Shown: positions 1 through 46,829 of the stretch, piece after piece | How the letters are laid out: each line of letters starts with the position of its first letter | How positions within the stretch are numbered: position 1 is the first letter of the stretch | NCBI RefSeq assembly: GCF_018977255.1 | Contig: NW_024704742.1 | Location: 69,938,001-70,002,000, forward strand | DNA from: Callorhinchus milii | Lineage: Eukaryota | DNA: 64,000 bases | Reading direction: 5' to 3' | The notes under the pieces: generated by a model | Told to the model about the DNA's origin: nothing | The model's input: the letters and a program-made list of their open reading frames with translations, nothing else | Database searches by the model: none | Program-made: the position numbers and the translations under genes

Positions 1-117
1 GTGTTAGAGGTAACTGTGGGTCAGGCCTCCAACAGTGACCTGAATTATCAAATTCAAATGCCAAATACTTGCCAGTGAGATGCCTGAGGGAATAATTCAA
101 TGTTTTCTTTCCAATAG

Positions 118-32765
<32,648 letters not shown>

Positions 32766-35700
32766 CTGAAGATTCACCTAAGCTGTCCTCGGCCTGACTG
32801 TCCACATCTGAATTTGGGACAGCCAGTTACAGATAATGAGTGCGTAGTCTGGAGCGGACATGGAACGGTATTATAACATAATACGTTCTTGCGTGGTAAG
32901 ATCGGTCTCAATAATTTAAGTCGGGAGTTGTGGGGGGAAATTACATTGTTTTAGTGACTGAGACTTACAAGAAGCCAGCAACATTTCCTATTAAGCTCCA
33001 ATACATAGCAGCCCCCTCCTCCCCCAGTTATAATGCGCACTGTGTTTTGGGTCAACAAAATTAGCTTCCGCGTTATAACTGGTCTGAAAAAATGGCCATC
33101 ATCCTCGCTTCCAGGTCATGAGATCAGCTTTGATGTCACCTCCGGTACTGGCTGGCTGGCTTCCGGGGCCACACCACTCTTGGAACTCTGATTAAAGGGA
33201 CTGGCTTTCGGTGCTCATGCTCAGAAAGCTGGTCAGTCCATGCCGGAAGCAGACATTGGCAAACTCGCACTCCAGCGAGGCACTTTATAACTGGGTCACC
33301 CTGCAGTTCCCAACTGTTGGTTTTGCTCACAACAGTAGTGAGCTGTCTGCAGTGGCAAAATGGTTACGTGGAACATGCCTTTTCTGTCTTTGGGGTCTGA
33401 ACCCTTAACCATCCCAGTTCAAATTGACACAAATATGTGTCTAAATGTACAAACAAACCTCGTCACTTTATAAATCTCTCAGGTCTTCAAAGTGGACCTG
33501 CGGCCAATTGAATCAGATCAAAAAGTTAAAGTAATTCTGATTGCTGTTTTTAACCCAATGCATGTGACCTGACAGGAGCTGTAAACCAGCCAAGTGCTTC
33601 ATCTCAACTATAGAGGCAAACCCACCACAACAATGTGCATTGAAAATGGACTGCTGCTTTGTAAGGCCAACACATTTCAGTGAAAGCTATTAATTCCATC
33701 AAACTGACGCCAATATAAATTAACTTTGCGCCCTTGCTGCAGCAAACTATAGCATTCTTTTACTGACCCCTGAGTTTACACGGTCGATTGTTTTGTGGTT
33801 AGGTGCAAAAATGTAGGTTTCCTCCTTTTTCACAGAAAAGCTTTAATACCACCAGATGAGATGTTTATAGCTGCTGATTCTAAACTCATAATTGTTGGGA
33901 TTAGTATAATTATTTCAGATTTGTAACCTGTGGAGCCCTTGGCATAAAAATTATTTACTATGGATTCAATGTTAAGCTTGGGGAGAGAGTGTGGGAGGGA
34001 ATCAGCATTCCAAAAGTGCGCAGTGTAGATCAGTCCACTTGTCATTTATCATGTTATACACATGAACTTTAGCAGTGAGTATTTCATGTCCGATGTTAAC
34101 TGATAACCAAAGGTGGAATCCCGTCTTATTCTGGCTATGAAACCTTTAGTTCAGATAGTAAACATGTCTTCTCAATGTCCAGACATTTTAAATACATATA
34201 TATACATACACACGTATAAACGTTTTAAAATACTTTAGAAGTATTTCTCCACCTTATTTTCTCCCCTTACACTCACTCTCTCTCTCTTCCACCTATTTCT
34301 CTCTTGTGTCGTTCTCTTATTCTGATTCCTCATGTTTTTGCTCATTTCGTTTCAAGTTTTTTTTTCACCCTCAATCTCTTTTTCTCTCTTCCCCCCCCAC
34401 CACCGTGTTTTCTTCCCCACCATCATCGTGGTAACTTTTCTCGCTTCCCTAACTTTTTTATACTCACGGTCAATTGTTGGCCAGCTTGTGTCCAGTTGAA
34501 GCTTTTACTTGGGACTGGCTCAGGCTCGTCAAAACTTGCAAGCCCTGCGTAGGCAGATCTTTCCCACCGCTTTCCCTCGTGCACACAACATAGGAGCCAG
34601 AGAGGAAGTGGAGAACACGTGCGATTGTGCACAACACAGTATTCTAGATTCCATGCACTCGAGCATGAGAAACGGCCCAGAGTTAATGCAATCACTCACA
34701 CATATACATAACACACACAAACCCAGACTTAACAGAAAAAAAAGATGCATCTTTACTGACTTAGCTGAAAGGTGAGTGAAGAGGGTGTGGGCTCATTTGG
34801 CTAGTTTCTAGTTCTCTATTTCAGACTGAGGTGCAGGTGTTTAAATCACCTTCGTGGTCATCAAGAAAATGGCTAGGGTGTTACAGGCTGGATGGGGAGG
34901 GAAATATCCCTCAACAAAATACTAATTTGGTCAATCAATTCACAACTGTTTGTGGGACATTGCTGTGCACATTTCGTCTACAAAATATACAGTCAATTCA
35001 CTTTACAGTATATTTTGTGAATTATTTTGAGAAGTCTCGAAGACATGATAAGGCCCTATGTCAAATACAAGGATTATTATTAAATAGCATGTGTCAAATT
35101 GTTAATGATAGGTGGGAGACAGGTTTCCTCAATGAATGAGAGGAGATATTATTGTCAGTCACAGCTAAATGCTGCTTCTCGCCACCATTCCTGATCATAC
35201 GCTCCCACAATTAGTACAAAAAGATACACTGGTAAATTTACATCTCAAGCTGAGTGGTGTGATGTGGTACACTGTAATGCTGAGTGTCGCACTGGATTGA
35301 TTTAAACTGGGGTATACCTTTACAGTAAAGGTAAACAGTAGATGCCTTATGTTAAATTCTAGTATGGTGGGGTGGGGCAGGGGAAAAAATTAGCCTCAGT
35401 AAAGTCAGATGCTGCTAAATAGTTGGTTTGGTGGAATGATGCTGTTTGCAAATTAAGCTGAAATGTGTGTTCTGACTACTCATCAACACCAACTTACATT
35501 TATATAGCGCCCTTCACGCAGGATAGCGTCTCTGAGCTGTGTACTCGCCTACACAACACATGTCACTACACTTTATAGCAAAGCGCTTTGAGATATCCTC
35601 CCAATGTGAGAGGTGCTAATATCAAATGCAAGGACTATTATTACGACTTGTTTATTATTATTATTATTACTCCTAAAATCAACAAGGTCACTTTCAGAGA

Positions 35701-36242
35701 GTGGCATTCCCAGCCTCTATATGATGAGATGAGCATTCTAGCTGACTGGTTTACCTTACCTACGGTCTCAGTGCGGTCACTACAAATGTGAAGAACAAAC
35801 TTTTGGGTGCACTTTGTATTTTTTTTACTTGACGACCTGCGCAAGCCGTCATCACAGTTTCCCTGGTATTGTTTGGGTTGTCGGAATTCGGACATGTTTT
35901 GTTTTTGTGGGGTAGTGGGGGGGCAAGAGTTATACATTACTTTTTTTTTTAAAAATGGTTTATCTAAATATTATTGCGGCTGAAGTCTCTGAAATTGCGT
36001 TGTATCGTCAAGGCACACCAACGCATTTCCCAGGTAGACCCGCAGCGAAACCCTGTAGAGGGTGTCTCTCATATTATTGTTTATTGGGTCGGCAACAATG
36101 GTTTTATTCAGTCAGGACTTGGCTGAGCCCTTCATCAGCCAAGCTTTTGATTCAAGCTCTGCAACAAGACAGAGCAAAGACTCATACACAGTCTTTGCAT
36201 GCAGATCGGGGCAGCTGTCTCTTAACGGAAGACAAATAGTCC

Positions 36243-36248
36243 AATAAA
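36243..36248 (+). promoter_or_regulatory. Candidate polyadenylation signal AATAAA (alternative ATTAAA at 33191-33196)
   Basis: Hexamer only; the real 3' end is unknown. Confidence 0.2.
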
Positions 36249-36999
36249 TATAGTGCAGGCTTGAAAAAATATTGTGGTGCCAACTCTGATGTAGCTTTAT
36301 AGATAACTGTTGATATAATGCAGGGAGTAAAGGAGGGGAGGGGGAACAGAGCAGATTCGCTGACGTCTTAACTCAGCGAAGGAATATTTAAGCGCTTAAA
36401 CCTCGCTCAGGAGTCCAAGAGCACATTAAGATAACACTCGATCAGATTACCTTTGCGAGCATCATCTGCAACAACAACAATAACTTGCACTTATATAGCG
36501 CCCTCCATACAGGGTAGCGTCTCACCTAGCTTGTTTCGCTGCAAAAAACAAGCATAACCTTGCAAAGGAGGACGCTTTGCATTCCATATGAATGTACTAA
36601 AGGAAAATGTGTTGTTTTATCCTGAATCAGACACCCACCCAGGTGTGCGTTTCTTGGGCTCTTGTGCCAGTTTGCTTTATGCATGTGCAGGCAGGTACCC
36701 ATGACTTACAGTGTTGGGGGACATAAGACTAACCCTCCCCCCACACAGACAAATAGTAGGTGCGCTCAAGGGAAACGGCTGTCAGTGTTTGGTATCACTG
36801 CCATTTACTTTAGTTTATTCAGGTAAGGTTTAAAATGCCCAAAACTGACCTCCCCATCCGTTAGGATGAAGCAGTGTGTTATTCTCCTTCCATTTTGTTT
36901 TGACTTCATTTAAAATGCGAGGCATCTCTTATCAAGCCCACTTTGGTGATAATAGGCATCCCCCTCCCCTTCACGTTAGCTCACTTGGAGTTGTTTGGT

Positions 37000-37265
37000 T
37001 GAAGGAAACCCAAGGTTCTTGATTCATAAGGAAATCCATCACCATGCTTAAGAGTATTCAAAATAGACTGAGGGTTCCACCCATGTATGCCAGCTCTGTA
37101 TGGATATTTCCCTGCATCTGGAATGGAATGTGCTCTCTCTCCCTGGAGGGACACACCCTGTTTACTTAATTCTAGGTACGCAGGTAGGCGAGAGCCAAGG
37201 CTTGGGGACCCCACATGTGTATGCTGTTCTTGGGGATAGTGGGTTAACTGCTGGAGTTTAACCAA
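37000..37265. repeat. Unclassified interspersed repeat
   Basis: Related copies at ~4650-4800, 58560-58810, 60535-60670 and 63950-64000. Confidence 0.75.
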
Positions 37266-38298
37266 ATGAAGTGGTCAAAGTAGAAAGCTCACTCACCACG
37301 TATGTAGCATCTCAGATGCTTTAATGGTTAACTGATGCAAGCATGGTGATGAATTAAAATCTTCTCTTTTTTTGTCACTGAAATCCATGGGAGCTGTGTC
37401 TTTACGTAAAGGGGTGGTGGGGGGGGAGAAAAAACAAAGCAAGTTCCATGGGCTGTGTTTCGATTGAATTTGATGTGTCCAGAGAAAAATCTCCTAAATG
37501 CCAATTTTTAATAACTGATGACTGCCAGAAGTGGGCAGGAAAAAAATCCTTGAGCAATTTGCAAAGGACATTAAGCTCAGGCCAGCAAAGCTATAGTAAA
37601 TGGCATGCGAGTAAATGGCAGCAAAGGCACACTTACCTGGCAAAGCTGTGTAGAAACACTTTCAAGCCTTCCCCTACAAATAGTCTTTGCAGCTCAGTTC
37701 TGTTAGCTTAGAATGCTCGCTTACCATTATAACCTTGCAGCGTAGGCACTAAGACAGCCAGGGAAACGAGGAGAAATGGTCTCCACGGGTCCCAAGGCAG
37801 GTAGGTTGATAATTGTGATGGGCGACATCCAACCTTTCAACTGAAACGTGCGCCCCCACCTGCGGGTGCCAATGTAATACAAGGACAGTGCCCGGAGCAG
37901 TAGAGAATAAATGAACTGTACTAGATTTTCCAGGCAGACAAATCTCATATTAAATATTCAGTGGTCAAGCTCGAGAGAGTAATGTTTTACGGCTCACTGT
38001 GGCTTTTTACTATTGTTGAGGTGCAAACTTATTTTTAAGTAACAAATTTACTATTCTGGAGTAACCAATTTATGTTATTGAGTTACCAATTGGGGATCTG
38101 TGTCTGGAAGAATGCTGGTTAGTTCAAGTTAGATTGCACGATTCCTGATTTGATACAAACTGCAGAAAAATATGTAGTTCAGTTCCACTCAGGGCACTGA
38201 CCCACGAGCTGTCCACAGGTCGCCTTCACAAATTATAACCAATTGGTATTTGTTGACCATGGCTTGCAGTGTCGCCCATCATAAACTGTTAAGTAAGA

Positions 38299-38344
38299 CT
38301 TAGTTAGTTAGTTAGTCAGTCAGTTAGTTAGTTAGCTAGCTAGC
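38299..38344. repeat. (TTAG)n-like microsatellite
   Basis: Directly visible. Confidence 0.7.
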
Positions 38345-40459
38345 AACTTTGATAGTATGACAAATGGAGCTCTGTACTCTACTCCATTCACTTGTCAGTT
38401 TAACATCAGCGACTTCTGTGATTTATAGAGGCAGAAGGACCAGACCGTAAATACGTATTGTGGCACAACATGGTATTTGCGTAGTACGTTCATAAAATAG
38501 ATTTACTGTGAAAATTGGTCCAGTGTGGCCATCCAATACGAATAGCCTTAACCCTTTCACCGCACTAGCCCTCTTCCAAATTAGAACAACAACAACGGGA
38601 GGGAGGGGGGAGCTGATAGCTCATCGTTATGAGTCCGGAGCTGTCAATCAGACATGTAGATTTTTTTAAAGAAAAATTTTGCAAGGCATTAAATCCTCGT
38701 CCATCAAACAATGTTTTATTGTTTGGGGAGGGGCCACATGAGATCACTGAGGAATCTTGTGTGCAAACGAAATGATATTTTGAAGTTAAAGCTATATATG
38801 ATCAGAGGTCAAAGGTTACCGGCAAGGTCGGGTATAGCTGCTTTTTTTTCCTATAGTTCCGGTCAAAAGCCGGAGACCAGGAAGTATGCAATCGCCTTCA
38901 ATCAGTACATGACGCCAATGGGAATGTATGCAGGACCAATTAATGCCTGACCAGATCCATCCTTGAACCCATTTGAGAGGTGAAGGAGTAATAATAATAT
39001 CCTTGGATGTTATTTGGAGTGGTGGGAGGAGGGAGGAAATGGAGAGAAAAGAGGAGAGGAAATGTATTGAACAGATGTTTGGGAAACAAGATGGGAAATC
39101 ATTTTTGTTTATTTTACAAAGCACAACGAGAACCAAAGTATACATAAAAAAGAAAAAATTCTGGTCTTATCTTTTGAATAGTGGTCCCACACTCTCATGT
39201 ATATTTTAAGGAGGGTGGACTTCTCTTTGGTATCGCTGATCAACTGGCTTTGTCAAGGCTGGTGGGGTGCGAGCGTAAAGAATATTAAAACAAATGAGAC
39301 CAAATGGTCTCGATTGCAGTTGAATGTGCTGAGGTTTCCCTGGAGCCAGCACTCCTGTTAAATGTCTGACCTCTGACCGTCTAAACATGACAACAAACTA
39401 GTATTTGAGGTGAAAGGGATTCGAGTATCAAACGTGTTGCAAACAAAAATATTCTTAAAAATTCCAAATGCCGAGCAGGTGTTTTGATGTTAAACTTTTA
39501 GCGGGCCTTAAACAAGCTTGTGCTTGCAATCTTCTTTATTGCGAGAATGTGTTTTACTAGTCACTGAAGTTATAGAAATGATGCATCTTTTTTATAATAA
39601 AAATGTATGCAGCTTAAATTAGCTCGCTCCCTTTTGCCCTCAGCCCAACTCGGGGCGGGTTTGAGAGCTCAATTTAAGTTGTCGATTTATGACATTTGCA
39701 CACTGGGGAAAGAATTGCATTGGCATTCAAGAAACGAAAATGGGAACAAAAAAAGGGGAGTGATTTTAATACAATAAATTAAAAGTTGTTTCGACAACAA
39801 AAGACTTTACTGTGATTTGCTAACCTATGGTGTCATTTGAAACACCCGATTCTTTTAGCGAAACATAAGACTTTACCTCATAACGTAAATTGCAGCAATT
39901 TTTTTATTAGACTGTTGGTTACTTGCTGAGATTTTACAAGCAAACAAACAAAACAAATTCTTCATATAAGTGAAGAGTGAATTCAGGAATTTGTTGTTTA
40001 ACTTGAAATGTGCCAAATTTGTCTTATTTTATACTAACTTTAACCACTTTACTGTTTTTTGTGGAAAGGGTGAAAATTCTCTTTAAATTAAAAAAAGTTA
40101 CAATATATTTGCACAAAACTACTGTAACTTCAGTTAAACTGGTTCTGATGCGTGACTGAAGCTTTTTCCGCGTATCCTGTATTTATTACACTGCGAAAGA
40201 TAATTAATCCAAGAAAGTGTATAGAATAATTTAGTTTTTTCCATTTATTTTTGTATTTGTTGACTCGTTTTTACCCGTAGTTGTGTATGATTATTTGCAA
40301 TTTTTACACGTGTAATTTGCAGCGATTAAGCAAGTGTTCAATTAAAAGTTTATATGTTTCACCAAAAGTGCTTCTCTTCAATTCAAATAGTCTCTAAACA
40401 TGCATCGCCCACATTAATATGCTGTGATTTTTTTTATTTTATAAAAAAGTTTTATGAAT

Positions 40460-41135
40460 GTGCAGCCTGGTTCAGTCGGTAGCACTCTCGCCTTTGAATC
40501 AGCAGGTTGTGGGTTCAAGGCCCACATAGACTGACACTCGATTGCAGGAGAGGAGCGCTGCATTGTCGGAGGTGTCGTCCTTCGGATGAGACATTAAACC
40601 GAGCTCCGTCAGCCTGTCCAGGTGGCCATTAAAGATCCTGCAGTGCTATTCGAGAAGAGGAGGGAGATTTTCCAAGTGTCCTGGTCAACTATCCTCCAAG
40701 TAAATTTGGTGATTAACTTCATGGCTATTTGTGGGGCATTGCTCTGTGCAGATTGGCTGCAATATTTGCCCATAAAATACACTCAGTTACACCACATAAT
40801 AATAATAATCTTCCTTGCATTTGATATAGCGCTTTTTCACGTCTTCTCGACGTCTCAAAGCGCTTCATAGAATAGACTGTATATTTGTGGGCGAAACGCG
40901 GCAGCCAATTGCGCACAGCAGTGTCCCACAACAGTCGTAGATTGAAAATGACCGATTTATTATTTTTTTTTGGAGGGATTATTATTAGGCATGTGGAGTA
41001 AGGAAACTTGCCCAAGATTTTGCCCGGCCTGGAATTGAACCCAGCTGTCTCGCTTGCAAGGCGAGTGCTCTAACCACTGAGCTACAGAATTCCACATCAC
41101 AGTACATCCTGTGAATTACTTTGAGGCTTCTCAAA
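40460..41135. mobile_element. DeuSINE-like element (+) with a short tRNA-Ala SINE nested on - (40796-41093)
   Basis: The host SINE resumes after the insert (cacagtacatcctgtgaa). Confidence 0.82.
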
Positions 41136-42774
41136 GCCCCTATCCCCATTGCCCCCACCCCTCCAGAATCTAACCAACTACAGCTGGGGTGTAAACTTTC
41201 AACTGTCCAGCGCTATTGGATGTTCTCGTGACGTGAAAGACACTATATATTTACAATTTGTTGTTGTCTCAAAGATGGGATAAGGTAGTGTAACAAATAC
41301 AAAGATTATAATTATTGAAATGTCAAGAGTACAAAATAAGCTTGGGCCAATCTTAATGTGTTTCCAATTGGGTGTGAATCCATAGCAGATAAAATCTACA
41401 CTATGCAAGCATACCTCACTGTATGCGTATGGAGTGACGGGCCAAGACTTTGTATCCCACAATTCACCGCAGCTGGTAAGTGCAGTAGCAGCATTGAGAG
41501 CTAGGAGGTGATTTGCATTAGATTTAGCATATATTTGGGACCAAGAAACCATTATGATCTAGCTGTTTATCCAATTTATAAAATGCAATTAGTGCAAAGA
41601 AAGGTAAGCATTTCTGGTAGGAAACCGAGGGGATTCGGGTGCATATACAACTTAGACAGGTGATTATACAATTTTTAAACATAAGACTTGTGCATGTTTA
41701 ATGTATACTGTATAATGTTTAGTGAACGATAAACAGCTAATTAGTGAATATATTCAATACAAATTTACATTAATATAGCGCCTTTCACATCATGAGGATT
41801 TCTCGTGGCTTGGCACCTGAGCTGGAGGTTGGGAGCTGAGTAGGGGTTTGGGAGGGGAAAGATGACCGAAGGTGTGGTCAGAGGCAGGTTACGATCTGTA
41901 ATGTAATGCCTGAAAGGGTGGTGGAAGCAGATTTAATAATAACTTTCAAAAGGGAATTGGACGTTTACTTGAAAAGAAAAAAATTACAAGGCTTTGGAGT
42001 AAGGGCGGGGAGAGTGGGATTGATTGGATAGCTCTTTCAAAGAGCTGGCGTAGGCATGATGGGCTGATGGCGTCCTTCTGTGCAATAAGATTCTATGACC
42101 AGCGGCAGGTCTTGAGACAGCCTTTGGCATGTATGGCACACCGCCCTTTGTGCTGCCTTTCCAGTACACTTGAAGAATGTGGGGCGATGAGGTACAACGC
42201 AGAATGTTCCCAGGATCCTGATCCAAACAATAAAGAGATGTTGATGGATGACAGAAAGAAAATTAAAGAGTTCGAAATGCTAACAAAATGGGTCATATTA
42301 AAGCTGGAGCCTGCTGCTCACAGATGTGGTTTGATTACTCAAGGTCGTCGCTGTGCTTGAGAGCTAAGCTTCACATCGATGCTTTTGGTAGAATACTGCA
42401 TTTTGCAAGTCTGAAGTCCAGCAATGTCTAAGACAGGCAATTTATAGAATCACCTTTTCCATGAAGGATTATTCTTGGAATCTTTTCAAAAACCTAGCTA
42501 ACACAGGCTAATGATTTCTAAACTAGTACAAACCAGTGAAGGGAGTTTCTATCGGTATGTGAGAGATGTTTTGAGATTTTGTTTTCATTGTTCAGCAAGT
42601 CAGTATCTAGAGGGCATCAACACAAGATAGTTCTCTCCCCTGCACTGTCTTAAGATTGGGGATCAGGTTTTTCACTCTGTCTCTTAACACTGGGATCAGC
42701 CTCACTGCTCTCCTCTGTCTCTCACACTGGGATCAGCCTCTCTCCTCTGTCTGTAACATTGGAGATCAGATCGT

Positions 42775-43845
42775 ACCTCTCACACAGTCTCCACTTCATC
42801 TCCACAAATGACATCTCCTCTAGCTCCCGTACCATCTCATGCAGTGTACCTCAGGGCTCTGTCCTTGGTCCCCTCCTCTTCAATATCTACTTGGTGACAT
42901 CATCTGCAGACATGGGGTCAACTTTCACATGTACGTGGATGACACCCATTTCTCAGCTCCACCCTTGACTCCAGGACCACTGCTGTCCTGACAGAATGTC
43001 CGTCAGATATCAAGTCCTGGGTGAGAGCGAACTTTCTTCAGTTGAATGTCAATAAAACCGAGGCTCTCCTGATTGGATCCCGTCAGCGCCTCCACACCTC
43101 AGGCGCTGACAGCATCACCGTCCATGGTTGCACACTCCATCTTACTAAGCCAGTCCGGAACCTTGGGGTTTGACCCTCAACTATTCTTTCTACCCCACAT
43201 CCGTGCCATGACCTGCTCTGCCTTCCCCCACCTCCGCAACATCACCCGGCTCCGCCATTACCTCACCCCCTCAGGCCGCCAAAACCCTCATCCACGCATT
43301 CATCACATATAGGCTCGACCACACCAGCTCCTTGTTTGTCGGCCTTCCCAACTCTTCTCTCCACAAGCTGCAGATCATCCAGAACTCTGCATGAGTTGTC
43401 CTTTCCCACACCAGGATCTATGACCCTATCACCCCCACCTTCTCACGGCTCCAACGTCTCACCATTCCCCAGAGGATAGAGTTCAAAATCCTCATCCTCG
43501 CCTTCAAGGCCCTCCATGGCCTTGCTCCTTCCTACTCTCTGACCTCCTGACTCCATATCAACCTATCGCACCCTCCGCTCAGCAGGCTGTGGCCTGCTCC
43601 AAGTCCTCCGCCCAGCCTGCCCCACCATCAGCGGTCGGGCCTCCAGCCTTTCTGCCCCCATCCTATGGAATTCCATCTCGCTCCCTCCCTTGCCTACTTC
43701 AAGGTGCGTCTCAAAACCCTCCTCTTCGACCAAGCCTTTGATTGCCCTCCACCCTCCCTGATCCCGATCTGTAGCATGGGTCCAATTCCCTGACTATCTT
43801 GGGACGTCCTCCCAACATGAAATGCGCTATACAAATGTAATTTTG
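42775..43845 (+). mobile_element. L2 LINE fragment
   Basis: [29 protein letters not shown]2 tail. Confidence 0.9.
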
Positions 43846-43867
43846 TATTGTATCACTGTTCACTAAT

Positions 43868-44062
43868 TAACACTGGGGATCAGCCTCACTGCTCTCCTCT
43901 GTCTCTAACACTGGGGATCAGCCTCACTGCTCTCCTCTTCTCTAACACTGGGGATCAGCCTCACTGCTCTCCTCTGTCTCTAACACTGGGGATCAGCCTC
44001 ACTGCTCTCCTCTGTCTCTAACACTGGGGATCAGCCTCACTGCTCTCCTCTGGCTCTAACAC
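43868..44062. repeat. 38-bp minisatellite, about 5 copies (taacactggggatcagcctcactgctctcctctgtctc)
   Basis: Visible tandem copies; degenerate units also at ~42650-42770. Confidence 0.92.
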
Positions 44063-45262
44063 TTATCAGCCTTGTCACTCTCCTTTGCAACAGAAGTGTC
44101 TGCAGTATTCCAGTTGCAGCTGGACCTAACATTTGCTCTTACAAACTACACGATTAGGTGAATTAACAGGCATTTAAAAATCTAAAACAAAACTAATTAC
44201 GTGGATATTTTGAACAGTGCCAGCGTAAGGTGCTCTTTACCTTGGCCAGGCCGCTGTTATTAGGGCTTTAAATGGAGCTCCAAACAGCTTCAACACAGTT
44301 TATGGAAGAAATGGTTATTCATGTGCTTGTTTACTTGTGCACCCAGGTCACCACACGTATCTGGTGCCAATAATGGCCACGTTCGGGCTGTTTTGTTCCA
44401 ATGCAACTTATGATGACCTCCAGGAAAGGACAGAGTGGCATACTTCAGGCTGGTTACACTGCACTACTGGGCTTGTGCTGATTCAATGTGACATACAGTC
44501 AGTCCAGGCTGACTCTCCAGTGCAGTATTGGGGGAGTGCTGTATTGTCGGAGGTGCCGTCCTTTGGATGAGATGTTAAACCAAAGTCCTATTTGCCTGTT
44601 CAGGTAGATGTTGAAAATCCCATGGTATAATTCGAAAAGAAAAGAGTTGAAAGCAGTGTCCCACAAACAGTCATGGATTCAGTGAAAAAAACTTGAGGCT
44701 TTATTACCCCAGGAAAATGATCTGCAAATCAAATAACAGCCAGGTTCTACTTACTGCTAGGTAAACAGGCGTGGGGACCAAGGAAACTTCCGTAAGATTT
44801 CACCCCACCCGGGACTCAGGCCTGGGTCCTCTTGCTTGCAAGGCGAGTGCTCTAACCAATATACTACTCAGTCTGAGTACCACAAATCACAACCTGTTGC
44901 ACTTAGCATCAGTTTTTCCACTGTATTTTTTATTATACATATGTGTGTGGGAATAAAATAAATTATTTCCAATTTCAGTCTTCCTGATCCGGTACGGGAA
45001 TCCATGTCCGGATTCATCAAACAAGGGGAATGCTCAAAGGACATTGCAATATCTGAGAATTCCTAAGTAGTCAGCTCCTGGTGGAATGGATCCCGGAATA
45101 TTTAGGAAATGAGGAGGGGAAGCAGAGAGAGGAAATGTTTCACAGCAATTAAGATAAGATTGGAAAATAACCAGCGCTGCTTTAGATTTGACTGAAAAAC
45201 AAGTAAGAAACATAATCGCATGGGTTTGTAGCAAGAACATTGTGTTATTATTATAAATGTGT

Positions 45263-45740
45263 GGAGTCCTGCAGCGTATTGGTTAGTCACTCGCCTCGCA
45301 AGCAAGAGGACCTTGGTTCAATTTCCGGGCAGAGCGAAACCTTAGGCAAGATTCCTTGCTCCAAACGCAACCTCCTTGCTACCTCCATTTTGCCCACAAA
45401 ATATAGTCAATTCACTTTGCAATATATTCTCTGGAGTGCTTTGAGACATCTAGAAGACGTGATAAGGCGCTATTATCAAATGCAAGGATTATTATTCTAT
45501 TATTATTACCTAGCAGTAAGTAGGAACCCCGAATGGTTGATTGGTGGATTGCTTTCTGGGAGTGATAATCCCTCAAAAAAAAATGTTGGTCACTCAATCC
45601 ACGACTGTTTGTGGGACACTGCTGTGCACAATTGGCTGCCACAAAATGATGGGACGATTCACTACAATATATTCTGTGAAGCACTTTGACAAGTGTCAAC
45701 AACGTGATAAAGGCAATTATCAAATGCAAGGATTATTACT
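45263..45740 (+). mobile_element. Long SINE with a nested SINE 3' fragment (45385-45506)
   Basis: TACCT duplicated at 45380-45384 and 45507-45511. Confidence 0.8.
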
Positions 45741-46225
45741 ATACCATACAAAATTACATTTGTATAGTGCCTTTCACATCAGGAGGACGTCCCAAGGCGC
45801 TGGAGACAGTCACTGCAATTTACAATATATTCTATTAAGCGTTTTGAGACATCGATTATTATTATAATAAATATTAGTTGTTGACAAATTCTGCATACTC
45901 TAAAATACTAGGTTAATAGAGAAAATCTAGATTAAGGTTGAATTTCTACCAAGGAGATTCTTATGGATCAATAAACCAAGGTGATATATTGCATTTGCTT
46001 TGGGGAATATTAAATACTGTGTATTTAAATGCTGAGCCTGGGTATTTTAAATGCTGTTTAAATGTGGTTATAAACTTGGGGAGACTACATTTATTCACGT
46101 AAATGTTAAAACTGTTACTTATTAAATCAAAGCCATTTATTAAATTAGGAAGGATAAATTGTCTCGTCATTAAAAATCACATCACTGTTTTGAGTCATCA
46201 GTTACTTCTGTTCCTTTTTATTTTG

Positions 46226-46590
46226 TGTGTCAGCCTGGCTCAGTTGGTGGCACTCTCGCCTCTGAGTCAGAATATTGTGGGTTCATTCCTCATGTCGGGA
46301 CTTTGAGCTCACATAATCTAGGGTGATGCTCCAGTGCATTGCTTGGGAGAGCGCTGCATTATCAGAGGTGCCATCCTTCAGATGAGACGCAAAACCGAGA
46401 TCCCGTCTGCCTGTTCAGATGGACATTAAAGATCCCGAGGCAATAATCGAAAAGAGAAGGGAGTTTTTCTCTCCCGGTGTCCTGACTGACAATCCCCAAT
46501 AAAATCAATCACTCGCTCCATGGCTGGTTTGTGGGACGTTACTGTGCACATAATTGGCTGCCGGGTTTCACCCACGAAACACATAGTCAC
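46226..46590 (+). mobile_element. DeuSINE-like SINE
   Basis: ggctcagttggtggcactctcgcctctgagtcag head and Deu-like domain. Confidence 0.85.
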
Positions 46591-46628
46591 TAGGGATAGG
46601 ACAGGTAATTAGAGTTAGGTCTGAAGAT

Positions 46629-46829
46629 CAGCCAATTGCGCACAGCAATGTCCCACAAACAGTCGTGGATTGAAAATGACCAATTTATTATTGTTTTGTT
46701 TTGGAGGGATTATTATTAGGCTCTGTGTGGAGTAAGGAAATTTGCCCAAGGTTTCGCCCTCTGCCTGGAATTGAACTCAGGTCTCTCGCTTGCAAAGCGA
46801 GTGCTCTAACCACTGAGCTTCAGGACTCC
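46629..46829 (-). mobile_element. Short tRNA-Ala SINE (head and body)
   Basis: Near-identical to 50830-51029. Confidence 0.88.

Noticed and set aside
35955..36247. Short ORFs in the repeat-poor region (94 aa and 61 aa)
   Set aside because: No recognisable homology and no chain of compatible exons
43868..44062. 38-bp direct repeats resembling a CRISPR array
   Set aside because: No unique spacers, eukaryotic context, unit traceable to CR1
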